Shown: positions 39,161 through 48,666, counted from the stretch's first letter. The stretch is DNA of 49,051 nucleotides from Fibrobacteria bacterium (GCA_043745805.1 JAYTSD010000011.1:1-49051); one strand, 5' to 3'. The notes: generated by a model from the letters alone, not told the origin. Translations and numbers: made by a program.

Positions 39161-40440
39161 TGCGTATAGCGATGTTTACCAATACTTATTTACCGCATGT
39201 GGGTGGCGTGGCCCGCTCCGTTGAAAACTTTTCATGCACCTTGCGGCAACAAGGGCATCAAGTACTGATCATTGCGCCGCACTTTCCAAATTCCAAAGAA
39301 GAGGAAACTGGTGTGATACGGGTACCCGCTATGGAACGTTTTAATGGGAGCGATTTTTCGGTTTACTTGCCAATTCCAGGTTTCTTGGATAAGCCTTTGG
39401 AAGATTTTAAGCCCGACATCATCCACTCACATCATCCCTTTTTATTAGGAGATACGGCTTTGAGGATGGCGGCTGTCTTGGATGTTCCTTTGGTATTCAC
39501 CCATCATACTTTATATGAGCAATATACCCATTATGTAGCGGCAGACTCAGAAAAATTAAAAGCTTTTATTATTAATCTTGCTTCTGGATATGCCAATCAA
39601 TGCCATCAGGTCATTGCGCCAAGCCTGGGCGTATCTTCCATGCTACGCGATAGGAGTGTTACGGTTCCCATTACCATCCTGCCTACTGGAATCGAGACGG
39701 ATTGTTTTGCTGCGGCAGACGGAAAAAAATTTCGATCCTCCCAACGAATTCCCGCTGATGCCTTTGTGGCAGGCCATACGGGTAGATTGGCAGCAGAGAA
39801 AAATCTGCCTTTCTTGATAGAGGTAATCGCGTCATTTCTAAAAGCATCTTCTCGAAGACACTTTATTATAGTGGGTGTTGGGCCCTTGGAAGAAGAAATA
39901 AAACTAACCTTAAATGAATCTGGCATAGCTTCACAAGTCCATTGGGCAGGAGTCTTGCATGGGGAAGAACTGGCAAATGCCTATGCGGCAATGGATATCT
40001 TTGTCTTCGCTTCCCATAGTGAAACGCAAGGCATGGTCTTGGCCGAGTCTATGGCTGCTGGCACTCCCGTAATTGCCATAAAATCTAGTGGGGTGGAAGA
40101 TATGGTTATCAATCAAAAAAATGGATTTTTATTGCCCGATGACGATTCGAAACAATTCCTCCAAGCTTTGGAAACATTCGAAAATTTTGATCTGAAGCAC
40201 CGACAAAAATTTAAGAATGCGGCGCTTAGCACTGCGCAAGAATTTTCCTTGCCTTTTTGCACGCAAAAATTAATCGATCTATACCAAATTGTTTTGCAGA
40301 ACAAAATTTTGACTTCAAGCCATTCTGAAAGTTCTTGGGTACCTACAATTCAAAGATTACAAGCCGAATGGAAAATTTGGTCTAACTTTTTCCATGCCAC
40401 TACTTCAGCCTTACTCGAATCTTCGGAGAACCATCAATGA
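39160..40440 (+). CDS. GT4 glycosyltransferase (diacylglycerol glycosyltransferase-like subgroup)
   Basis: MRIAMFTNTYLPHVGGV, HSHHPF, VFTHHTLYEQY, GRLAAEKN, SETQGMVLAESMAAG. Confidence 0.92.
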   Translation: MRIAMFTNTYLPHVGGVARSVENFSCTLRQQGHQVLIIAPHFPNSKEEETGVIRVPAMERFNGSDFSVYLPIPGFLDKPLEDFKPDIIHSHHPFLLGDTALRMAAVLDVPLVFTHHTLYEQYTHYVAADSEKLKAFIINLASGYANQCHQVIAPSLGVSSMLRDRSVTVPITILPTGIETDCFAAADGKKFRSSQRIPADAFVAGHTGRLAAEKNLPFLIEVIASFLKASSRRHFIIVGVGPLEEEIKLTLNESGIASQVHWAGVLHGEELANAYAAMDIFVFASHSETQGMVLAESMAAGTPVIAIKSSGVEDMVINQKNGFLLPDDDSKQFLQALETFENFDLKHRQKFKNAALSTAQEFSLPFCTQKLIDLYQIVLQNKILTSSHSESSWVPTIQRLQAEWKIWSNFFHATTSALLESSENHQ

Positions 40441-42800
40441 TTCAACGTATTGAAATGCCCATACGTCGTATAAGGCGTTTTTTCAGCCGTGCATATTGGT
40501 TCATGCATTGGCTTGGGGTTAGTAAATTTACCCCTCCTATGGGCGATGAGCATGGTATTCTTTTGATTCGTATTGATGGTTTATCACATCAGCAATTGGA
40601 AAAGGCTTTACTTAGGAATAAAATGCCATTTTTGAAGAAGCTTCAAAAACAGGAAGGTTATCGATTACATTCTCTTTATTCCGGCATCCCTTCGACGACA
40701 CCGGCCGTGGAAGCAGAGCTATTTTATGGGGTAACTACGGCGGTACCTTCTTTTGGATTTCAACATAAAGCCAATGGCGAAATATTTTCCATGCTTAGTT
40801 CTACGGGAGCGGGGTTTATGCAAAAAATGCTGGAAAAGCAGGGAGCTCCTTTATTGGCAGGCGGAAGCGTCTACTCTGGAATTTTTACAGGGGGGGCCAC
40901 GCAATCGCATTTTTGCGCCGCTTCTATGGGGCTTTCTCATTGGATTCGGCAAGATGGATTTTTGGGCCTATTCAATTTGTTGGTTTGGAATGCAAGCAGT
41001 TTGTTCGGCCTAGTGTTTCTTGCCTTTCTCGAGTTTGTACTCACCTTGTACGATGGTCTGCGTGGAGCTTTGCCTCGGGGAGAGTTTTGGAATGAGCTGT
41101 GCTTCTCGGCTTATCGAAGTTTGGTTTGCGAAGGCTTGCGAGATGCTATCACTGCTTCGGCTTGCATTGATGTAGCACGTGGGTTACCTATTATACATGT
41201 TAATTTCGTGGGTTATGATGAACAGGCGCATCGTCGTGGGCCTTCTGGAAAATTCGCGCATTTCGTATTGCCACGCATCGATCGATCGATTCGGAAGTTG
41301 GTCTTGAATGCGCGTCGCTCTACCGTACGGGATTATGATGTTTGGATTTATTCCGATCATGGGCAGGAAAAGTCATTACCCTATGTGCAAGAGTATGGTG
41401 CAACTGTAGAACAGATTATTCATCGAATTTTTCAAGGTACTGCGCGCGATAATAAACATACTGTGACCATGGCGCATCGGCCGCTATGGGAAAATATATG
41501 GGGCAAGACTTCCAAAAGCGAAAATGTAGCCTATAACTCTTCGCGTTACAGATCCTTGACCATAGTAGCCCCTGGGCCTATCGGACATATTTATTTTGGG
41601 GAAGCAGAAAAACAACATTTGGGACATTTCGATAAAGAGATGATAGCGAAAAAACTGGTTCAGGAAGGGAATATTCCCTTGGTATTTTTCCTCGATGCGA
41701 ATGATACTGTGATGGCAGCGAAGGTGGAGGGATGTTTTCCTTGGCCCTTGGAAATGGAGAAAATTCTTGGTTACGTTTCTCCTTTCAGCACAGCTTTAGC
41801 CGAAGATGTAATAAGGCTTTGCCGCCATGCTGATGCGGGCGATTTTATTATCAGCGGCTGGCGCTTGCAGGGCTTGCCTATTACGTTCGCTCATGAGCAT
41901 GGGGCGCATGGGGGAGTGGGCCAAGAAGAAACTCATGCTTTTACTTTATTACCTTCCAATCTATTCGCAAATTTTCCTCGGCCTTTTTTGAGGCCATTAA
42001 ATTTACGTGAGGAAATCTTATCCATAATCAAGCATTCCTCTGCTCCGCCGCCCCCTCTGCATGACATTAAAAAATTTGGCTTAATCATGATGACTTATAA
42101 TGTGCATGGATGCCGAGGCATGGATGGAAAAACTTCTACCCTACGTATTGCTCGCGTAATCGCGCATTATTCGCCTACTGTTATTGCTTTGCAAGAATGT
42201 CTGCCGGCCAAATCCCTGCATTCGGGAAAAAGCCAATTGGAAGAGATAGCGGAACATTTACAAGCCATATATGGCTTGCCTCATCCTTTATATTGGGAAC
42301 AAGATGAATATGAAAATGCGTTCATCAGCATCTTTCCTTTGCGAAAGGTAAAAGCAGAGGCTTTGCCTGGGGTACATTCTAAACCTAATTTAAGGAAACG
42401 CGGAGCCATCCAAGTAACAGTAGAGTTACCTGATGGAATGATCCATTGCATCAATACGCATTTCGGTTTGGTAGCGCAAGAAAGGGTTTTTCAAGCTCGC
42501 GCTCTTTGTGGACCGAAATGGTTAGGTAACATCAAAACTCCTGCATTGATATGTGGAGATTTTAACGCGCCTCCTTGGTCTTCAGCTTATAGTATTCTAA
42601 ACGAAAACCTTAAAGAAGTGCAGGAAAATGTGCAAGGGCATTCTCCCCAAGGGACTTTGTGGGGACGTTTTCCTTTAAGCCGCATCGATCATATTTTTTA
42701 CCAAGGCACATTGCTACCTATTGAAATCAATATACCGAGAAGTCATTTGACTCTTTTAGCTTCTGATCACTTGCCAGTTATCGCTAAGTTCAAAATCTAA
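40437..42800 (+). CDS. Alkaline-phosphatase-superfamily domain fused to an EEP (endo/exonuclease/phosphatase) domain
   Basis: IDGLS, PSTTP, YDEQAH, SDHG, HGAHGG (AlkP); TYNVH, ALQE, NTHFG, GDFN, IDHIF, SDH (EEP); internal hydrophobic segment; ATGA overlap. Confidence 0.88.
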   Translation: MIQRIEMPIRRIRRFFSRAYWFMHWLGVSKFTPPMGDEHGILLIRIDGLSHQQLEKALLRNKMPFLKKLQKQEGYRLHSLYSGIPSTTPAVEAELFYGVTTAVPSFGFQHKANGEIFSMLSSTGAGFMQKMLEKQGAPLLAGGSVYSGIFTGGATQSHFCAASMGLSHWIRQDGFLGLFNLLVWNASSLFGLVFLAFLEFVLTLYDGLRGALPRGEFWNELCFSAYRSLVCEGLRDAITASACIDVARGLPIIHVNFVGYDEQAHRRGPSGKFAHFVLPRIDRSIRKLVLNARRSTVRDYDVWIYSDHGQEKSLPYVQEYGATVEQIIHRIFQGTARDNKHTVTMAHRPLWENIWGKTSKSENVAYNSSRYRSLTIVAPGPIGHIYFGEAEKQHLGHFDKEMIAKKLVQEGNIPLVFFLDANDTVMAAKVEGCFPWPLEMEKILGYVSPFSTALAEDVIRLCRHADAGDFIISGWRLQGLPITFAHEHGAHGGVGQEETHAFTLLPSNLFANFPRPFLRPLNLREEILSIIKHSSAPPPPLHDIKKFGLIMMTYNVHGCRGMDGKTSTLRIARVIAHYSPTVIALQECLPAKSLHSGKSQLEEIAEHLQAIYGLPHPLYWEQDEYENAFISIFPLRKVKAEALPGVHSKPNLRKRGAIQVTVELPDGMIHCINTHFGLVAQERVFQARALCGPKWLGNIKTPALICGDFNAPPWSSAYSILNENLKEVQENVQGHSPQGTLWGRFPLSRIDHIFYQGTLLPIEINIPRSHLTLLASDHLPVIAKFKI

Positions 42801-42828
42801 CTATTTAAAAAGTTATGGCTTAGCAAAT

Positions 42829-43308
42829 TCATGTAGTAACAGGTTCTAGCATGCTGCGCAACATCCAAGCAGTTTTTTCATGCAATCGCATTCTTTCGGC
42901 AAGCAATTCGGCGCTAGTTTGATCATTCACTTCGTCGGCTATTTTATAAAGGTTATGAGCGGTTGTGCTCAGTTCTTCATGGCCTTCCATCAAAAGCGTA
43001 ATCATTTCTTCCGCTGTGGGTACTCCCGTTTCTTCTTTAATAGAACTCAGTTCTAAAAATTCGGAGAAAGTCGCCGGTGTTGGAAACCCTAGGGCACGAA
43101 TACGTTCCGCAATTAAATCAATGGCTATAGCGAGTTCAAGATATTGGGCTTCGAACATTGTGTGCAAAGATTGAAATAATTGTCCCGTTACATTCCAATG
43201 GAATTTTTGGCTTTTTAAATAAAGCGTATAAGATTGGGCTAAAAACTTATTCAATCCATTTACCATAATTTTTCTATCCAAGTTGTTTATTCCAGTGTTC
43301 ATTCGCAT
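42829..43308 (-). CDS. dps: Dps-family DNA-protection protein
   Basis: FHWNVTG...LHTMFEAQY, DLIAERIRALG, HEKTAWML. Confidence 0.96.
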   Translation of the reverse strand: MRMNTGINNLDRKIMVNGLNKFLAQSYTLYLKSQKFHWNVTGQLFQSLHTMFEAQYLELAIAIDLIAERIRALGFPTPATFSEFLELSSIKEETGVPTAEEMITLLMEGHEELSTTAHNLYKIADEVNDQTSAELLAERMRLHEKTAWMLRSMLEPVTT

Positions 43309-43417
43309 GATACCCCTTTCATTTTTATGGCTTAGTAGTGAAATAGATCATTTCATTCTCAATATCAACTTAAGAAGAAATAAATTTTAGTGCAAAACCG
43401 AATTCTCCAAAAAATGC

Positions 43418-43446
43418 TTGCGATCTTAATAAGATTAAAATATTTC
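43418..43446 (+). promoter_or_regulatory. Putative promoter (island motif)
   Basis: TTGCGA-N17-TATTTC; the spacer region contains the inverted repeat ATCTTA/TAAGAT. Confidence 0.45.
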
Positions 43447-43507
43447 TAAGTGTAGCTCCTAGAAGATTATCGATAGCGGGCAATTTTTTAATAAAAGAGG
43501 AATCCAT

Positions 43508-43657
43508 ATGTTATACACCATTGGGGTTATTTTAATTGTGCTATGGTTATTGGGAATGGTTTTCACTTATACTATAGGTGGCCTTCTGCATATTCTTTTA
43601 GTTGTCGCCATTATACTTTTCTTGATCCGTTTAATTGGTGGTGGTAGGGCTATATGA
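43508..43657 (+). CDS. lmo0937-family small membrane protein, absent from the ORF track
   Basis: Manual translation MLYTIGVILIVLWLLGMVFTYTIGGLLHILLVVAIILFLIRLIGGGRAI*; AGAGG RBS; ATGA overlap with the next gene. Confidence 0.92.
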   Translation: MLYTIGVILIVLWLLGMVFTYTIGGLLHILLVVAIILFLIRLIGGGRAI

Positions 43658-43851
43658 ATAAAAGTTTAGCTATTGCTTTTATCGTCGTGGGTACGCTGTT
43701 AATTATTTATGGAGTCCGAGCTTCAGATTCTTTGAGTTCCGATGTTTCTCGTTTCTTTACCGGATCTCCGACGGATAAGACTTTATGGCTCACTCTCAGT
43801 GGATTAATTTCTGGTATTTTGGGTGTTACACTTTTGATACGTAACAAATAA
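43654..43851 (+). CDS. DUF3185-family small membrane protein
   Basis: LIIYG..ASDSLSSDVSRFFTGSPTDKTLW pattern. Confidence 0.88.
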   Translation: MNKSLAIAFIVVGTLLIIYGVRASDSLSSDVSRFFTGSPTDKTLWLTLSGLISGILGVTLLIRNK

Positions 43852-43945
43852 AAAAATGACATAGAAATGATTACGCTTTAGTTTAAAAAATGATCATTAT
43901 CTTTTTTTTAAGAGAACAAAAATAATATTTAACTAAGGAATACTT

Positions 43946-44146
43946 ATGAATACTTTTACTATTAAAGGGGACTGGAATATTATAAAAGGCCAATTGAAGC
44001 AACGCTGGGCGCAATTGACTGATGATGACCTAGAGTATGCGGAAGGTAAATTAGACGAAGTGATTGGGCGTATCTATAAGCGTACTGGCGAAAAGAATTC
44101 CGACATCGAAAAATTTATCCATGAAGCTGATACTCGACTGATTTAA
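43946..44146 (+). CDS. csbD: CsbD/YjbJ-family general stress protein
   Basis: IKGDWNIIKGQLKQRWAQLTDDDL...G. Confidence 0.92.
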   Translation: MNTFTIKGDWNIIKGQLKQRWAQLTDDDLEYAEGKLDEVIGRIYKRTGEKNSDIEKFIHEADTRLI

Positions 44147-44152
44147 GCATAG

Positions 44153-44188
44153 CAGATCAATAACCGGTATTACACGGTCATTGATCTG
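44153..44188. terminator. Hairpin between convergent csbD and imuB-like genes
   Basis: CAGATCAATAACCG/CGGTCATTGATCTG stem (13/14 paired). Confidence 0.65.
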
Positions 44189-44292
44189 ACTTATTGGTTA
44201 TACTTCTTGCGGGTTTCGTGCTGGGCCGATGACTGGCTTCCGATAAATACGTACTTGTTTAATCAATTCGTAATGGTTCTGTAAAAATAAAT

Positions 44293-45498
44293 TTAACCTC
44301 TAATAGACTTTTCTAAATGAGCTGCAGAGGTAATAGTTGTAAAATTATTCTTACTCCTAATTTTCATTAAAGCTTCTCCAATAGCTTTTTTTTTTTTATC
44401 CTCGCATGATTCCCATAAATCGATTTGTCCAGTATCTTGGCGGGCATGAGGTATGGAAATTGCCATACTGCGCAATGCAATGCGTCTTTGATAAAGTTCA
44501 AAAAAACATTGTTGTGCTAGTTTATTGAGAAGGTAAAATAAATTGCTTTTATGAGGCAAAGAAATAGTTTTTTGCACAGATTTATTATCCGCGTAACGCA
44601 AAGTCAATGTTAACCTATCCGTTAACACATTTGCAATGTGCATCATGAAAATTAATTGATCTACTGTTAAGCCTATTTTTTGTGCTAAAATATTTTCATC
44701 ATTAATATCATTTTCCAAAACCGTTATCGCTTGTAAAGTTTTGCGTTCACTATGGGCCGCTTGTAAATCTATGCCTTGCACTAAGCTATATAATTTTTCC
44801 CCCTCAACTCCAAAGCGTAATCGTAAAGCTTCTCGTCCCAATAGGCGCAATTGCCCAATTGACTGTAAGGCATAGCGATCCATTTTTTTTCTGCATATTG
44901 CCGATAAGCCTGGCAAAATTTGGGGAGACAAAGGATCTAAAATTATAGCTTCCCTTTCCCTTGGCGATATTTTAATTCCTTCTGGCCGGATAAGATTGGT
45001 CATTACTTGGGCAAGTAAGCGCGACGATCCCATACCTACTGCTATGCTATGAAGATGAATTTTTTCTTGAATATCACGCTGCAATTTTTCCGCTAAAAGT
45101 AATGACTCATAGTCGCGCTGCATCGGTGTACCCGTTAAATGAAGTATGCTTTGCCCAGAATCCTTAATCATAAATTCAGGCGTATAGCTGTAAAAAAGAT
45201 TTTGCAAAGCCGCACATATTTTTTTTTCATGTTCTTTATTGCGAAGCAATGCCTGCATTTGTTGAAAGCGTTTTTGCACTTTATAAAAAGGCATTCCCGC
45301 TACGATGTTTAATTGTTTCGCCTTAGGAGAAACGGCGATAATGACGGTTTTATGTTTATCCGCATTTTGATTTAAAACCACAAAAGGCAAATCGCGCAAT
45401 TTCGCGTCATATGCCATTAAAGATTGCGCAGGAAATTCGCTGAAATATAAAGCCGCATAAAGAGGCTCAGGCAACTTGTGCGGTTTTGATATTGGCAT
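44293..45498 (-). CDS. Inactive Y-family polymerase homologue (ImuB/DinB-like)
   Basis: Y-family layout (VIIAVSPKAKQLNIVAGM, ILPGL, little finger LTLRYAD) without the DMDAF and SIDE acidic motifs; clamp-like motif QIDLW; start may be TTG 45474. Confidence 0.82.
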   Translation of the reverse strand: MPISKPHKLPEPLYAALYFSEFPAQSLMAYDAKLRDLPFVVLNQNADKHKTVIIAVSPKAKQLNIVAGMPFYKVQKRFQQMQALLRNKEHEKKICAALQNLFYSYTPEFMIKDSGQSILHLTGTPMQRDYESLLLAEKLQRDIQEKIHLHSIAVGMGSSRLLAQVMTNLIRPEGIKISPREREAIILDPLSPQILPGLSAICRKKMDRYALQSIGQLRLLGREALRLRFGVEGEKLYSLVQGIDLQAAHSERKTLQAITVLENDINDENILAQKIGLTVDQLIFMMHIANVLTDRLTLTLRYADNKSVQKTISLPHKSNLFYLLNKLAQQCFFELYQRRIALRSMAISIPHARQDTGQIDLWESCEDKKKKAIGEALMKIRSKNNFTTITSAAHLEKSIRG

Positions 45499-48400
45499 AG
45501 ATGGGAAGATGCTTTGCAGCTTGCAATTTTTTAGAGCTTAATTCAAAATCCACTTCATTGGGAGACCAAACCGCGAGATTCACCTTATCCGCTTCCAAAG
45601 TATAAGTATCCCAATCCATACTCACCTTACCCCATATCTCTAAAGGGCCGCGTTGTAAAAGCACATCATTATACTTTTCCAATACATTAGGCCAAAATAT
45701 CACATCCAAGCATTCGGTTTTATCTTCTAAGGTAATGAACTTCATGTTACGTCCGCTTTTCACGACTTCATGTAGGCGTTCCGTAATGGGTAAGCCGAAG
45801 ACTTTAATCCTTTTGCCGACATGAAGGTGAATTTGATTCGCAGGAACGGTATTTCTAGCTGAAGGATGTAATTCCAATATGTCGAGCATATTGCCAGAAA
45901 GCATGTAACCTAGAAGTTCCCATTCATTTAGGCATTTGCGTAACAGCGAATAGTCTTGCAAACGAGGTGTACGCTGTGAATTTATGGCAGCCATTAAAAA
46001 GGGATGTTCACTTAATAAATTCGGTTGCTCGGATTTTTCCCTCGGGACATAACCGTCTAATTGATAAAGCAATTCAGGTTGTGAATGGCCTAAATTGTTA
46101 AAAGCTCCTGCGAGAATAAAGTTTTCTATGGTTTGTTTAGGCAAGGTTATACGTTCCAAAAAATTCATGAGGCTATGAAAAAGTCCATGTGCCTTACGTT
46201 CCATTTCTATGGTTAACATGGCCGTTTCCCCTAAATGAGGTAAATGCATAAAGCCCGGTCTTATCCAATTATCCTGCCCAAAGAATTTGTATTGCGATTG
46301 ATTAATATCGAGGGGCAATATTTTTAATCCCCAACGTCTCGCCTCATCTAAATAAACTTCCCGTGTATAAAAGCCATGATTATTGCTGATTACTGCGGAA
46401 AGAAATTGCGCGGGATAATGCGCCTTCAAAAAAGTGCAACGAAAGGAAAGTTGCGCATAGCTGGCGCTATGGGATTTGCAAAAGGAAAAGCCGGTAAAAG
46501 AAGAGACTCTTTGCCATACGATTTGGGCTTGCGCCAAGGTGAGTCCATTGGTTTGGCAACAGCCTGCTATAAATTCTTTTTCGAGATTCGCAAGTTCTAA
46601 AGAAGTCGGCATTCCTTCATGTTGGCTATTCATCATCTTACGAATTTTATCGGCTTTCTTAAAACTAAGTCCTGCCACTTGATGGCAGATTTTGGTTACA
46701 TCTTCTTGAAAGGCGCAAATATCATGGGTGTCTTTTAAAATGGGCTTTAAAGAAGGATGAACAAAATCCCAATCGCGGATTTGCATTTTTAATTTTCTAT
46801 GGCGCTCTACAAAAAGCTGGGTATAGTCCGAAGCCGCTGGCCTTACTAGGCTAGAGGTGATGGTGATTTCATCGAAGGTTTCGGCCTGGGCCTTTTTGTT
46901 AAGACGAATTTGTGCCGGCGATTCAATATAAAATATGCCTCGTGTGCGGCCCTTGCGTATGATGTCTTGCACCGAAACATCGGCATAACATTTTTCCAAA
47001 TCCCATACTTGTGGATCGGGCATATTTTGTTTTTCCAATTGGGCTAAAGTATCGCGCAATACCGAAAGGGAACCATTCCCCAGCAAATCAAATTTGATTA
47101 ATCCCAATTCATCAATACCATTATGCATATCCACTTGAGTGATCAGACGATTTTTTTCTCCTCCTGACCATTCACAAGCTATATGCCGCCATATCGGTTG
47201 ATTGGTAATCAATACTCCGCCAGGATGTTGTCCCAGAAAATGCGGTTTGCCTTCAATTTTTTTTGCCCAAGCGGAAATACGCTTTATTTCATCATCGCCG
47301 ATTTTTTGATTTTGCGTTTGCTGGCTTTTTATGATTTTCGTGATTTGTTCTTCCGAATAACCATGTACTTTAGCTACTTCGCGAAAAGCCGCTCGATAAC
47401 GAAAATGATTGGTGGTACAGGTGATAGCCACATGATCGCGTCCAAAACGGTTTACCACATATTGTAAAATTTTTTCTCTCTCATCCCAGCCAAAATCCAA
47501 ATCGGCATCGGGAGGAGAAGCGCGGTCTTCATTTAAAAAGCGTTGGAAATATAAGTCATAGCGAATAGGATCGAGATCGCTAACTCCGAGATTATAAAAG
47601 GTAATGGAATTGGCCGCACTTCCCCGCAATATCGTGCAATCATTGGGTCGGCGATATTTGCTGCGTAAATGCTCATTGGCCCATTCACGCACTTCTTTCA
47701 CCATTAAGAAATAAGAAGCATAACCCAATTGGGAAATCACTTGCAATTCCGTATCCTGAATGTTACGGGCTTTCGCTAAATCCGGAGTATGTGCATAATT
47801 GGCTAATAATCCTTTTTCTGCCAGTTCTTTTAAATAGCTATCGGGCGTATAACCTTGTGGCACAGGGATTTCCGGCATAATCCACTTTCCCAAATTCAAT
47901 TTGATTTGACAGGCATTGGCTATATGTTCCGTGTTACCTATCGCTTCGCGATAATCGGAAAATAATATTTCCATTTGCTGAGGTGTTTGTAAATAAGCTT
48001 CGCATGAGGCGTATTCATGAGGTTTAAGGCGCGACAAAGTGGAATTAAGATCAATGGCGCGTAAAATTCGATGCAAAGGAAAATCTTGAGGATGCAGGAA
48101 ATAACTGTTACCTGAAGCGACTAAAGGAATGTTTTCTTTTTGCGCTAAAGCGGCTAAATCTTTACTGTGTTGCCTTGTTTCAGGGGAATGTAAAATTATT
48201 TCCGCAAACAAATTTCCCCGATTAGGTGTTTGTTTAAGCGTTTGTAAATGGCTTAGGGAAGATGTGAGTATAAAAAGATTGGGCCAAAATTTGGCAAAAA
48301 CTTTGGAAAAAGAAAAATCATCGGGAGACATTTGTCGGCGTGAAATGAGTTCGCATATATCGCCATAACCTTCTCCATTTTTAGCCAGTAACACCACGGT

Positions 48401-48625
48401 TTCGGCAGGAAATTTTATTTCGGAAAGTTCAACACCAAGAATAGGATGAATATTTTGTTCTAAGCAAGCTTGATAAAAAAGTATCAAACCACTCATATTA
48501 TTTTTATCGGTTAAGGCTAAAGATTTTAACCCTAACTTTTTCGCATGCATTACGAATTCATGAATGGTGGGTACTCCTGATAATAAGGAGAATTCCGAAT
48601 GCGTATGCAGGGGGACATAATTCAT
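45467..48625 (-). CDS. dnaE2: Error-prone DNA polymerase III alpha subunit DnaE2
   Basis: PHP HTHSEFSLL, RGSAANS, catalytic PDADLDF, FCKSHSASY, OB-fold FITLED; coupled to an ImuB-like gene. Confidence 0.9.
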   Translation of the reverse strand: MNYVPLHTHSEFSLLSGVPTIHEFVMHAKKLGLKSLALTDKNNMSGLILFYQACLEQNIHPILGVELSEIKFPAETVVLLAKNGEGYGDICELISRRQMSPDDFSFSKVFAKFWPNLFILTSSLSHLQTLKQTPNRGNLFAEIILHSPETRQHSKDLAALAQKENIPLVASGNSYFLHPQDFPLHRILRAIDLNSTLSRLKPHEYASCEAYLQTPQQMEILFSDYREAIGNTEHIANACQIKLNLGKWIMPEIPVPQGYTPDSYLKELAEKGLLANYAHTPDLAKARNIQDTELQVISQLGYASYFLMVKEVREWANEHLRSKYRRPNDCTILRGSAANSITFYNLGVSDLDPIRYDLYFQRFLNEDRASPPDADLDFGWDEREKILQYVVNRFGRDHVAITCTTNHFRYRAAFREVAKVHGYSEEQITKIIKSQQTQNQKIGDDEIKRISAWAKKIEGKPHFLGQHPGGVLITNQPIWRHIACEWSGGEKNRLITQVDMHNGIDELGLIKFDLLGNGSLSVLRDTLAQLEKQNMPDPQVWDLEKCYADVSVQDIIRKGRTRGIFYIESPAQIRLNKKAQAETFDEITITSSLVRPAASDYTQLFVERHRKLKMQIRDWDFVHPSLKPILKDTHDICAFQEDVTKICHQVAGLSFKKADKIRKMMNSQHEGMPTSLELANLEKEFIAGCCQTNGLTLAQAQIVWQRVSSFTGFSFCKSHSASYAQLSFRCTFLKAHYPAQFLSAVISNNHGFYTREVYLDEARRWGLKILPLDINQSQYKFFGQDNWIRPGFMHLPHLGETAMLTIEMERKAHGLFHSLMNFLERITLPKQTIENFILAGAFNNLGHSQPELLYQLDGYVPREKSEQPNLLSEHPFLMAAINSQRTPRLQDYSLLRKCLNEWELLGYMLSGNMLDILELHPSARNTVPANQIHLHVGKRIKVFGLPITERLHEVVKSGRNMKFITLEDKTECLDVIFWPNVLEKYNDVLLQRGPLEIWGKVSMDWDTYTLEADKVNLAVWSPNEVDFELSSKKLQAAKHLPIYANIKTAQVA

Positions 48626-48666
48626 AAAAAGTTGCTTGGAATTCGTTCTAAAACTTGCTCAGCCAT

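Noticed and set aside
44200-44281. Minus-strand frame QNHYELIKQVRIYRKPVIGPARNPQEV* after the imuB-like gene
   Set aside because: No start codon in frame after the upstream stop; at most a remnant.
1736-48368. Numerous 60-160 aa ORFs nested in or antisense to long genes
   Set aside because: Shadow frames of well-supported genes with no independent RBS or motifs.
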